Assembly (NCBI GenBank): GCA_964429295.1
Contig: CAYSBL010000003.1
Location: 44,767-108,766 of the forward strand
Reading direction: 5' to 3'
From: an uncultured Rikenellaceae bacterium
GTDB lineage: Bacteria; Bacteroidota; Bacteroidia; Bacteroidales; VadinHA17
Length of the DNA stretch: 64,000 nucleotides
Shown here: positions 8,531 to 17,057 of the stretch, one piece after another
How the letters are laid out: the number at the start of each line of letters is the position of its first letter
How positions within the stretch are numbered: position 1 is the stretch's first letter
The notes under the pieces: generated by a model
Told to the model about the DNA's origin: nothing
Database searches by the model: none
Seen by the model: only the letters and a program-made list of their open reading frames with translations
Made by a program: the position numbers and the translations under genes

Positions 8531-9757
8531 ATGGACAACAACTGTGTGGTATCAGGTAACTCAGGTCCAAAAATAAGGTCCGACTGCCAGACAACATTAT
8601 GTCTGAAGGACGAAGGAGGGATCTTAATTGAACTTAAATCGAAAGTGGAAACACTTTATGGTGAATCCATAAGAACTCTTTGTACGAAAATGCTCAACAG
8701 CTTCGGGATTGAGAATGCACACCTCTCAATAGAAGATTCGGGAGCACTCCCCTTTGTAATAATGGCCCGGCTCGAAGCAGCCGTGAAAAAGCTGACCGGA
8801 ACAGGGATGAACTTTCTTCCTGATCTCCCCGAAGATTATAAGTATCCTTCCCAGCGTGACCGTTTTCGGTTTACGAGGCTTTATATTCCGGGTAACACCC
8901 CAAGCCTGATGATAAATGCAGGGCTTCATTCGGCCGACGGGATCATTCTTGATCTGGAAGACTCTGTGGCCCCCGAAAGAAAGGATGAAGCAAGGATACT
9001 GGTCAGGAATGCCCTCCGCCAGCTCGATTTCAGGGGAGCTGAAAGAATGGTGAGGATAAACCAGGGTAAAAGGGGCATGGCTGATCTTGATTCCGTTGTG
9101 CCGCAGAATGTGAACCTCATACTGATCCCAAAATGCGAAACACCTGAAAATGTGAAGGAGGTGGCTGACCATATTAGGAATATCATAACAGGATCGGGAC
9201 TGACCAGTCCAGTTTACCTAATGCCTATTATTGAAAGTGCAATGGGTGTGGAGCAGGCATTTGAGATTGCCAGAGCGGATGAAAGTGTTGTTGCAATGGC
9301 AGTAGGACTGGAGGACCTTACTGCTGACATGGGTGTCAGGAGGACAAGGAATGGGAGTGAAACCCTGTATGCAAGGACCAGGATCGTAAATGCAGCCAAA
9401 GCAGCTGGAATTCAGCCCATCGATTCCGTTTTCCCTGATGTTGCTGACATGGAGGGTCTGCTGAATAATGTTGCTCTTTCAAAGGCTCTTGGATACGAGG
9501 GTATGGGCTGTATACACCCCAGGCAGGTGGCAGTCATCCGGCAGGGATTTGCACCCGAAAAAGAAGAAATTGAAAAATCAAAAAAGATAGTAATGGCATA
9601 TGAGGATGCGCTCACAAAAGGCCTCGGAGTGGTTGCCATTGGTTCGAAAATGATCGATCCTCCTGTTGTGAAAAGAGCCCTGAGGTCTATCGATCTGGCT
9701 GTTAAGATGGGCCTTCTGGACTCAGGATGGAGGGATGAATCTTCGCCTGAAGTGTAA
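8531..9757 (+). CDS. Citrate lyase acyl carrier (CitD-like) fused to citrate (pro-3S)-lyase beta subunit (CitE, HpcH/HpaI fold)
   Basis: 408 aa. Residues 1 to about 95 resemble CitD (IEDSGALPFVIMARLEAAV, compared with E. coli DDKGALDCILRARLEAL). Residues from about 105 to 408 are CitE-like (RLYIPGNTPSLM, DGIILDLEDSVAP, IPKCE). Confidence 0.75.
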   Translation: MDNNCVVSGNSGPKIRSDCQTTLCLKDEGGILIELKSKVETLYGESIRTLCTKMLNSFGIENAHLSIEDSGALPFVIMARLEAAVKKLTGTGMNFLPDLPEDYKYPSQRDRFRFTRLYIPGNTPSLMINAGLHSADGIILDLEDSVAPERKDEARILVRNALRQLDFRGAERMVRINQGKRGMADLDSVVPQNVNLILIPKCETPENVKEVADHIRNIITGSGLTSPVYLMPIIESAMGVEQAFEIARADESVVAMAVGLEDLTADMGVRRTRNGSETLYARTRIVNAAKAAGIQPIDSVFPDVADMEGLLNNVALSKALGYEGMGCIHPRQVAVIRQGFAPEKEEIEKSKKIVMAYEDALTKGLGVVAIGSKMIDPPVVKRALRSIDLAVKMGLLDSGWRDESSPEV

Positions 9758-9780
9758 TAACTAATCTAAATTTGCTGATC

Positions 9781-11337
9781 ATGTCAATTCCGACTGTAAT
9801 AAATGCTGCGGGCAGGTCTGTCCCGACAGAATTAAACGGCAAACCTGCAATCCCATTCAGAGGCATAGGAAAATACAAACCTTCAGGAAATAAATACAGT
9901 CCACCCATACCATCATGCGCTGACTTTCCGCCTGATGGCAACAAGGTGGTTGCAACCCTTGAGGAAGCCCTCCTGCGATGCGGCATCCGTGATGGAATGA
10001 CCATCTCAACTCATCACCATCTGAGGGATGGAGACCTTATCAGCAACAGGATATTCGAGATAGCCTCCCTTATGGGCGTCAGAGATCTTGTTTGGCTGCC
10101 TTCAGCTTCCTTTCCCTGTAATGATCCCGTTATCAAATATCTGGAGGATGGAACCATCAACAGGATTGAAGGCAGCATGAACGGACCGCTCGGAAGGTTC
10201 GTTTCAGAGGGAAAAATGAAAGGAACTGCGGTGCTGAGGTCACATGGAGGAAGGGTCCAGGCTATACAGGACGGAGAGGTCAGAATAGATATTGCGGTTC
10301 TTGCCGCTCCCAGCGCCGATTCATTCGGTAATGCAAGGGGAACGGGAGGCAGCTCAGCATGCGGGGTTCTTGGCTATGCAAAAGCTGATTCAATGTATGC
10401 CGACAAGGTTATTATAGTTACCGACAACCTTGTTGACATCCCCTGTTTTCCTATGGAGATAGAAGGCAATTATGTTGACTGCGTGGTTGTTGTGGATAAA
10501 ATTGGAATACCTGAAAAAATAGTTTCCGGAACAACACAGATAACCAAAAGCCCCGACAGGTTGCTTATTGCCGAACTGACCGCAGCTTTCCTCCAAAAAT
10601 CGGGAATTCTAAAGGACGGTGTAAGGATGCAGGCAGGAGCAGGAGGAACCTCACTGGCTATCGGAGTATTCATTCATGATATACTCAGGAAAAGAGGATG
10701 GAAGTCGAAATTCGGATTTGGGGGCAGTACCCGGTACATGGTGGAAATGCTTGAGCAGGGACAGATGGAATACATACTCGATGCCCAGGTGTTCGACCTG
10801 GAATCAGTGGCTTCCCTTGCAAGAAATCCAAAACATATACCATATTCCGTATTCAATGCCTACAATTTCCATTCGAAAGGCAACCTGACTAGCATGATGG
10901 ACATAATGATACTCGGGGCAACAGAGGTGGACCTGAATTTCAACGGTAATGTGGTGACGCATTCTGACGGCTACCTGCTTCACGGTATCGGCGGCTGGCA
11001 GAACTGCCTTCATGCCAGGAACGTAATTCTTCCCCTGCCCTTGTTCCGAGACAGGATCCCTGTGATTGTTGATGAAGTTACGACACTGTGCGGACCGGGA
11101 GAACTTATCGATGTAATTATAACCGAACGGGGTATTGCCATAAACCCTCTCAGGCAGGATCTTATTGAAAGCACCAGGAACAGCGGGCTTCCCATAACCA
11201 CTATTGAAAAATTGAAACAGGAAGCCGAAAGGATTTGCGGAAAACCATCAAAGCCACTGTTCGATGATCAAATAGTTGCAGCAATTAAATGGGTCGATGG
11301 CACCGTTATTGATACTGTAAGGAAAATTAAAAAGTAA
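9781..11337 (+). CDS. citF: Citrate lyase alpha subunit (citrate CoA-transferase)
   Basis: The track ORF starts at a TTG at 9772, and the first ATG is at 9781 (MSIPTVINAAGR). The CitF-typical GMTISTHHHLRDGD motif is present. Length is about 518 aa. Confidence 0.85.
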   Translation: MSIPTVINAAGRSVPTELNGKPAIPFRGIGKYKPSGNKYSPPIPSCADFPPDGNKVVATLEEALLRCGIRDGMTISTHHHLRDGDLISNRIFEIASLMGVRDLVWLPSASFPCNDPVIKYLEDGTINRIEGSMNGPLGRFVSEGKMKGTAVLRSHGGRVQAIQDGEVRIDIAVLAAPSADSFGNARGTGGSSACGVLGYAKADSMYADKVIIVTDNLVDIPCFPMEIEGNYVDCVVVVDKIGIPEKIVSGTTQITKSPDRLLIAELTAAFLQKSGILKDGVRMQAGAGGTSLAIGVFIHDILRKRGWKSKFGFGGSTRYMVEMLEQGQMEYILDAQVFDLESVASLARNPKHIPYSVFNAYNFHSKGNLTSMMDIMILGATEVDLNFNGNVVTHSDGYLLHGIGGWQNCLHARNVILPLPLFRDRIPVIVDEVTTLCGPGELIDVIITERGIAINPLRQDLIESTRNSGLPITTIEKLKQEAERICGKPSKPLFDDQIVAAIKWVDGTVIDTVRKIKK

Positions 11338-11348
11338 TATTCTGTTAT

Positions 11349-11510
11349 ATGGGAAAATTCAAATGCAATATTTGCGGATTTGTCTACGATCCGGATGAAG
11401 GAGATCCGCACTCCGGAATAGGGCCGGGTACGGATTTCAGCGATCTGCCGGATAATTATAAATGTCCCGTATGCGGAGGCGGCAAGGACGAATTCTTTGC
11501 AGCCGACTGA
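11349..11510 (+). CDS. Rubredoxin (53 aa, below the ORF-track length cutoff)
   Basis: Hand translation gives MGKFKCNICGFVYDPDEGDPHSGIGPGTDFSDLPDNYKCPVCGGGKDEFFAAD. It has two CxxCG knuckles (CNICG, CPVCG) and the rubredoxin core YDP..GDP..GI.PGT.F..LP. It starts 11 nt after citF. Confidence 0.85.
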   Translation: MGKFKCNICGFVYDPDEGDPHSGIGPGTDFSDLPDNYKCPVCGGGKDEFFAAD

Positions 11511-11537
11511 GTTGATTGGCTCGCAACCTGTATGTAG

Positions 11538-13004
11538 TCAACTGTTTATGTCCGGGATATTTACCAATACATCGATAAGCAGATCCCAGAACATCTGAAC
11601 GGTATCAATCCTTATCTTTTCTTCAGGTGTGTGAGCTCCTCTTATGGTAGGACCAATGGAGATCATATCTATGCCCGGGAATTTCTCATAAATAAGACCG
11701 CATTCGAGGCCTGCATGTATTGCCCTTACAAGAGGCTTCCGGTTAAAGAGGTTCTCATAAGATTCAGAGGTTATTTTCAGTATTTCCGACTTTAAATTAG
11801 GCTTCCAGCCCGGGTAACCATCGGAGTGTGCAACCCTGGCATCTGCAATGCTAAGGCATTTTTCAACCATTGCTGCAACTTCATGTTTCGCTGCATCTAT
11901 TGAACTTCTCTGTGTGGTTACTATCCTGATTCTGCTGCTATCTGTAAAACCAACCGAGGCAAGATTGGTGGATGTCTCCACAAGGTCTTCCATATCTTCC
12001 GACCATGCAATAACTCCATGGGGACAGCATTCCAGAGCCTTTATCAGTTTTCTTTGACTTTCCCCGTCCATAACCGAAAGCGGTGCTTCTGTCTCTTCTA
12101 TGACAAGTTTCAGATCTTTCTCCAGGTCAGCGAATTCTTCTTTTAGTCTGGCATAAAATTCCCCGATATGGCTGATGATCTCCTTTCCGTGATCCTTGCC
12201 GGCTGCAATGACTGCAAAGGCTTCCCTTGGGATGGCGTTCCTCAGGTTACCGCCGTTAAAGCTGCTGACAGATATTCCGAACCTGTTTGTAAGACCGTCC
12301 AGAATAGTATTCATTATCTTGACTGAATTTCCGAATCCCTTGTGTATCTCATCACCCGAATGGCCACCGCGAAGTCCTGTAAGGGAGATCCTGAAACCGG
12401 TGCTGCCATCCCTGACCGGAACACTCCTGTACTGCATGTCTCCAACCGTGTCTATGCCGCCGGCACATCCGATGTAAAGTATGCCTTCGTCCTCCGAATC
12501 GAGGTTGATGAGAGTCCTTCCTTCAAAAAAGCCGGGCTGCAGGTTTATGGCACCGGTCATTCCTGATTCCTCGTCAACGGTGAACAGGCATTCTATTTTT
12601 CCGGCTTTCAGTTCGGGATCAACAAGGATGGCAAGCTGCGATGCAATCCCGATGCCATCATCAGCTCCAAGCGTGGTGCCTCTTGCGGCAACGTAACCTT
12701 CTGCAACATATGGAATGATCGGATCGGCAAGCCAGTCATGAGGATAATCAGCATTCTTTTCTCCAACCATGTCCATGTGGCTCTGCAGTACGATTGTTTT
12801 CCTTTTTTCAAATCCCTGCGAGGCCGGTCTGATGATAAGAATGTTCCCGGTTTTGTCTTCCTTTGATTCAAGTTTATGCAGATTTGCAAAATCCATAAGG
12901 TATTTTCTGATCCTGCCCTCGTTCTTGCTCAAACGAGGAATCCTGCATATTTCCCCGAAGTAGTTCCAGATTGGCGCTGGACTTAATTTGGATAATGTGC
13001 TCAT
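11538..13004 (-). CDS. pepD: Aminoacyl-histidine dipeptidase (Xaa-His dipeptidase, M20 family)
   Basis: The track ORF starts at a GTG at 13031. The ATG at 13004 gives MSTLSKLSPAPIWNYFGEICRIPR, which matches the E. coli PepD N-terminus pattern (LSQLSPQPLWDIFAKICSIPH). LQSHMDMV and DDGIG motifs are present. Confidence 0.9.
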   Translation of the reverse strand: MSTLSKLSPAPIWNYFGEICRIPRLSKNEGRIRKYLMDFANLHKLESKEDKTGNILIIRPASQGFEKRKTIVLQSHMDMVGEKNADYPHDWLADPIIPYVAEGYVAARGTTLGADDGIGIASQLAILVDPELKAGKIECLFTVDEESGMTGAINLQPGFFEGRTLINLDSEDEGILYIGCAGGIDTVGDMQYRSVPVRDGSTGFRISLTGLRGGHSGDEIHKGFGNSVKIMNTILDGLTNRFGISVSSFNGGNLRNAIPREAFAVIAAGKDHGKEIISHIGEFYARLKEEFADLEKDLKLVIEETEAPLSVMDGESQRKLIKALECCPHGVIAWSEDMEDLVETSTNLASVGFTDSSRIRIVTTQRSSIDAAKHEVAAMVEKCLSIADARVAHSDGYPGWKPNLKSEILKITSESYENLFNRKPLVRAIHAGLECGLIYEKFPGIDMISIGPTIRGAHTPEEKIRIDTVQMFWDLLIDVLVNIPDINS

Positions 13005-13140
13005 GCTTTTTTTGGTAGCTATTGAAGCCACAAAAGTACTTCTTTTTTTATGTAATCCTGTTGAATAACAGCTAAATTATAACAATCTGATATACTTAAA
13101 TTTTGTTAAATTTACGGAGCAATAAAAATTTGGCTTTCAT

Positions 13141-14337
13141 ATGGCAAAACGAACAATCGTTACCTTGCCCGGGGACGGGATAGGTAATATAGTGATGGAA
13201 CAGGCTCTGAGAGTCCTTTACGCTTCAGGATTTGAGGCTGAATTTATACATGGCGACATCGGCTGGGATCTATGGTGCAGGGAAGGGAATCCTCTTCCTC
13301 AGAGAACACTGGACCTTATCAGCAGGCACCGGATAGCGCTTTTCGGAGCTATCACCTCAAAACCTAATGAAGAGGCGAAAGCTGAACTCGATCCTTCCCT
13401 CCGGGATAAGGGATTTGTTTATTCCAGTCCGATAGTGGGGCTCAGGCAGATATTTAATCTCGATATCTGCGTCAGGCCATGCAGGTCTTATACGGGAAAT
13501 CCTCTTAATTTTATCAGAAGGGGAAAGGGAGGAATAATAGAAGAGCCTGTGGTCGATGTTGTTATCTTTCGTCAGAACACCGAAGGCTTGTATTCGGGAG
13601 TGGAATGGACCAACCCTCCCCAGCAAGTTCACCTGGCCCTTATGACTCATCCAAAATTCAGGTCCAACTATGGTAATGTGCCCCCTGAGGAACTGTCGGT
13701 TTCAACAAGGATCTTCACACGGAAAGCCACACAGCGGATACTTCAAGCCGCTTTCGGACATGCAGTGAAATACGGTTATAAATCGGTTACTGTCTGTGAA
13801 AAGCCAAATGTGATACGGGAAACTTCCGGCCTTATGTGGAAAATGGCGAAGGATATACAGAAAAATTCCTTTCCGGGAATACAACTCCACAATACAAACA
13901 TTGACGCGCAGATGATGTGGCTTACAAAAAATCCGGAAGATTACGGAGTGATTGTGGCAGGCAATATGTTCGGCGACATCGTTTCAGACGCTTTTGCAGG
14001 TCTGATTGGAGGGCTTGGATTTGCATGCAGCGCCCAGTTTTCGGAAGACGGGATAGCAGTTTTTGAGCCTACCCATGGTTCCGCACCTAAATATGCAGGA
14101 TACAAAATCCCGATTGTCAACCCGATAGCAATGATTGAATCAGCATGCATGATGCTTGATTACATTGACGAAAAAGCGACTGCCGGCAAAATAAGGAAGG
14201 CAATAGCAGAAACAATACAGGAAGGAAAGACCAGAACCTACGACATGATGAAAATGACCGGTTCCCCGGATGTCGTTGAAAATGGCGCTGCATCGACAAT
14301 TGAAATGGCTGATGCTATCATCGCTAAACTAAAATGA
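13141..14337 (+). CDS. Isocitrate/isopropylmalate dehydrogenase-family beta-decarboxylating dehydrogenase (substrate uncertain)
   Basis: 398 aa. It carries TLPGDGIG, LRQIFNLDICVRPCR, IFRQNTEGLYSGVEW, NMFGDIVSD and EPTHGSAPKYAG, all hallmark IDH/IPMDH motifs. Confidence 0.8.
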   Translation: MAKRTIVTLPGDGIGNIVMEQALRVLYASGFEAEFIHGDIGWDLWCREGNPLPQRTLDLISRHRIALFGAITSKPNEEAKAELDPSLRDKGFVYSSPIVGLRQIFNLDICVRPCRSYTGNPLNFIRRGKGGIIEEPVVDVVIFRQNTEGLYSGVEWTNPPQQVHLALMTHPKFRSNYGNVPPEELSVSTRIFTRKATQRILQAAFGHAVKYGYKSVTVCEKPNVIRETSGLMWKMAKDIQKNSFPGIQLHNTNIDAQMMWLTKNPEDYGVIVAGNMFGDIVSDAFAGLIGGLGFACSAQFSEDGIAVFEPTHGSAPKYAGYKIPIVNPIAMIESACMMLDYIDEKATAGKIRKAIAETIQEGKTRTYDMMKMTGSPDVVENGAASTIEMADAIIAKLK

Positions 14338-14903
14338 ACAGGAGGATGGAAATGAATGATACCATAAAGAGACTTTGGCCCGAACTCGAATGGATAAAGG
14401 ATGAGTCGCTGAGGGAAAAGACAGCAAAGACATGGGAGACAGCTCTTGAAAAAAGTGTACTAAAAGCGGAGGATCTCGACACAATACCGTTTACGCTTCT
14501 TTGCGGACCCGACATGAAGGTTACTTTTATGGAACACAAGAGATGCGTGGTCCATATTGCCAGGGCAAGCGGTGAGAAGATGAATCAGTTTTTTAGCGAT
14601 AACCTTAAGGTGAACATGGACGTTCTAATATCGGGGGCAATCCTTGCTGATGTGGGAAAATTACTTGAGTATGAACTGGATGAGAAAGGGAAAGCCATCC
14701 AGGGACGATACGGCCAATATTTAAGACATCCTTTTTCCGGGGTCTCACTTGCAGAGGAATGCGGTGTTCCGGCGGAAGTGTGCCATATTATAGCGGCTCA
14801 TGCCCATGAAGGTGATCTTGTAAAACGGACCACAGAGGCCTATATCGTACATCACGCCGATTTCATGACCTTTCTTCCGTTCAAAAGCAGGCTTGTGGTT
14901 TAG
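14334..14903 (+). CDS. HD-superfamily-like protein (atypical metal motif)
   Basis: 189 aa. His/Asp-rich segments are present (MEHKRCVVHIA, AILADVGK, IAAHAHEGD, IVHHADF). Its ATG overlaps the upstream stop as ATGA (14334-14337). Confidence 0.55.
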   Translation: MNRRMEMNDTIKRLWPELEWIKDESLREKTAKTWETALEKSVLKAEDLDTIPFTLLCGPDMKVTFMEHKRCVVHIARASGEKMNQFFSDNLKVNMDVLISGAILADVGKLLEYELDEKGKAIQGRYGQYLRHPFSGVSLAEECGVPAEVCHIIAAHAHEGDLVKRTTEAYIVHHADFMTFLPFKSRLVV

Positions 14904-14920
14904 AATGGGGAAAGGACATC

Positions 14921-16834
14921 TTATCCAAGCTTCATCTTCTCGATCTCCTCAAGGTTTCTCTCATTGCATACATCCTTTGCATTGGGGGTATAAAGGTATT
15001 CAATCAGATCCATGTAGCGGTCCATGATCTTGCCCCTTACGATTTTCATAGTTGAGTTCATCAGACCGTTATCCTCAGTAAATCCTTCATCAAGAAGCCC
15101 AATGGCAACCGGCAGCCATCTCTGAGGAAACATATGTCCGAACTTGCCGTTTGTACGGTACTCATTCACTTCGTTCTCGAGAAGAGTCGCCACAGCCCTT
15201 CTTCCATCGTCAGAGTCGGCGGTGAGATTCTTTTCCTCAAGATAAGACTTTAGCGCATGCTGGTTCGGAACAATGAGAGCCACCGAATATGGTTTCTGAT
15301 TATTATAGAGCATGCACTGATCAATATATTTCGACTGTTCCGATAATGCTTCTTCTATACCTTCAGGACTGAACTTCTCACCGTCATCGGCAATCAGCAG
15401 GCTCTTGAAACGTCCCAGTACATAAAGGAATCCGTCATTCGTCATGTAGCCCATGTCGCCCGTAAAGAGCCAGCCATCTTTTATTGTTTCCCTTGTGGCT
15501 GATTCATTTTTCCAGTATCCATGCATTACATTGCCTCCCCTTATAACTATTTCACCCTTCTCTCCAGCAGGCAGTTCATTTCCATCATCGTCGCATATCT
15601 TAAGTTCCATATTATTGACAAGGACGCCCGATGAGCCAAGTCTGTGACGGGAAGCTGAGTTTGATGAAATAACCGGCGATGCTTCGCTTAATCCATATCC
15701 CTGGTACATCGGAACACCGAGAGCATAAAAGAACCGCTGGAGTTCGATGTCGAGCAGTGCTCCGCCACCGACGAAATAATCAAGCTCACCGCCGAAACTT
15801 TCACGTATCTTTTTAAAAAGGATCTTGTCGTAAAGGTCGATAAGCGGTTTTTTAAGCTTCTGAAGACCGCGGCCCTTGTTCCACCCTTCCTTGTTGTATG
15901 AATATGATATCTTCATGGCATGATTGAAAAGGATCTCTGTCATCCTGCCCTTTTCCTTTATGCCCTTTTCTATGTTCTTCCTGAAATTTTTGGCAATGGC
16001 CGGAACGCTCATCAGCAGGTTGGGTTTTATCTCCTTGAGGCAGACCGGCATGTTTCTGAGTGTTTCCATGGGGGTCTTTCCGGTTTTTACCGAGGCCACG
16101 CTGGCACCCTTGCCCATGAAGGCATAGATAGCGCATGTATGCCCGAAGGAGTGATCCCAGGGAAGTATCAGCAGAGTCTTGTAAAAGGAGGGGATGTCCA
16201 TCAGACTGTATGACTGGTAAACGTTGGTCACATAGTTGCTGTGAGTCAGAATTATGCCTTTCGGATCGGCTGTGGTGCCTGATGTATAGCATATATTGGC
16301 AAAATCGGATGGTTTTACGGATGAATATACATCTTCGAACTTTTCCCTGTTTCCGGGTTTTTCAAGCCACTCCCTTCCCGTCTTCCTTACTTCATTGAAA
16401 TGAATCTCATTCTTTTCATATTCCTCCTGAGTGTCAAAATGAATAATTTTTTCAATGGTCCTGCAGTCGCTGACAACTGTAAGGAGTTTTGCTGCCTGTA
16501 TTGAAGAGGCTAATACCATCCGTGATTCAGAATGGTTTATCCTGAACTTTATCTCCTCGGGATTGAGTTTGACCGAAAGAGGGACATTAACAGCTCCGGC
16601 ATAGAGAATTCCAAGCTCACCGATAACCCAGTTGTTCCGGCCTTCAGATATGAGACTAAGCCTGTCACCCGGCTTGATACCCATAGCAATGAGGCCGGCT
16701 GCAAATTCGTAAACCTGTTTTCTCGTTTCACCATAGGTGGTTCCTTCATACTTATCCTGGGGTTTTTCCCACAGATAAACATTGCTTTCATACTTTTCAA
16801 CACTCTCTTCGAAGAACTGAATTAATGATTTCAT
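14921..16834 (-). CDS. Long-chain fatty acid--CoA ligase (AMP-forming, ANL superfamily)
   Basis: 637 aa. AMP-binding motif YTSGTTADPKGI is present, together with GYGLSEASP, FTGDMGY and GRFKSLL. Confidence 0.85.
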   Translation of the reverse strand: MKSLIQFFEESVEKYESNVYLWEKPQDKYEGTTYGETRKQVYEFAAGLIAMGIKPGDRLSLISEGRNNWVIGELGILYAGAVNVPLSVKLNPEEIKFRINHSESRMVLASSIQAAKLLTVVSDCRTIEKIIHFDTQEEYEKNEIHFNEVRKTGREWLEKPGNREKFEDVYSSVKPSDFANICYTSGTTADPKGIILTHSNYVTNVYQSYSLMDIPSFYKTLLILPWDHSFGHTCAIYAFMGKGASVASVKTGKTPMETLRNMPVCLKEIKPNLLMSVPAIAKNFRKNIEKGIKEKGRMTEILFNHAMKISYSYNKEGWNKGRGLQKLKKPLIDLYDKILFKKIRESFGGELDYFVGGGALLDIELQRFFYALGVPMYQGYGLSEASPVISSNSASRHRLGSSGVLVNNMELKICDDDGNELPAGEKGEIVIRGGNVMHGYWKNESATRETIKDGWLFTGDMGYMTNDGFLYVLGRFKSLLIADDGEKFSPEGIEEALSEQSKYIDQCMLYNNQKPYSVALIVPNQHALKSYLEEKNLTADSDDGRRAVATLLENEVNEYRTNGKFGHMFPQRWLPVAIGLLDEGFTEDNGLMNSTMKIVRGKIMDRYMDLIEYLYTPNAKDVCNERNLEEIEKMKLG

Positions 16835-16867
16835 CAGACAGGTAGTTTAAATTTACTTTACTAAATA

Positions 16868-16888
16868 TGTAATTACATTGTAATTACA
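16868..16888. promoter_or_regulatory. Tandem 10-bp palindrome TGTAATTACA x2, candidate operator
   Basis: The sequence is TGTAATTACA-T-TGTAATTACA. Each unit is a perfect palindrome. The site lies 34-54 nt upstream of the acyl-CoA ligase ATG (16834). Confidence 0.35.
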
Positions 16889-16998
16889 ATGATAGCGGCG
16901 GATTTTCCGGAGCCTAATATACAAAATCCTTTTAAATCAATTCCTTTTTGTATGCAGGTAAAAAAGCTTTATCCTTTGGATTGGCTTTCAATATTTTG

Positions 16999-17006
16999 TA
17001 TTTTTG
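16999..17006 (+). promoter_or_regulatory. Candidate TAnnTTTG promoter box for the SPOR-domain gene
   Basis: TATTTTTG lies 52 nt upstream of the ATG at 17058. Confidence 0.3.
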
Positions 17007-17057
17007 GAATCAGTGGCATTATCTTGTACCCGATGTTAAATTTCTTAATATAACATT

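Noticed and set aside
16889-17053. 54-aa ORF (MIAADFPEPNIQ...ILYPMLNFLI) filling the spacer upstream of the SPOR-domain gene
   Set aside because: It lies in AT-rich promoter DNA and contains the candidate TAnnTTTG box for the downstream gene (16999-17006). It starts inside the palindromic operator-like site and has no recognisable family pattern. It is probably non-coding, although a small hydrophobic peptide cannot be excluded.
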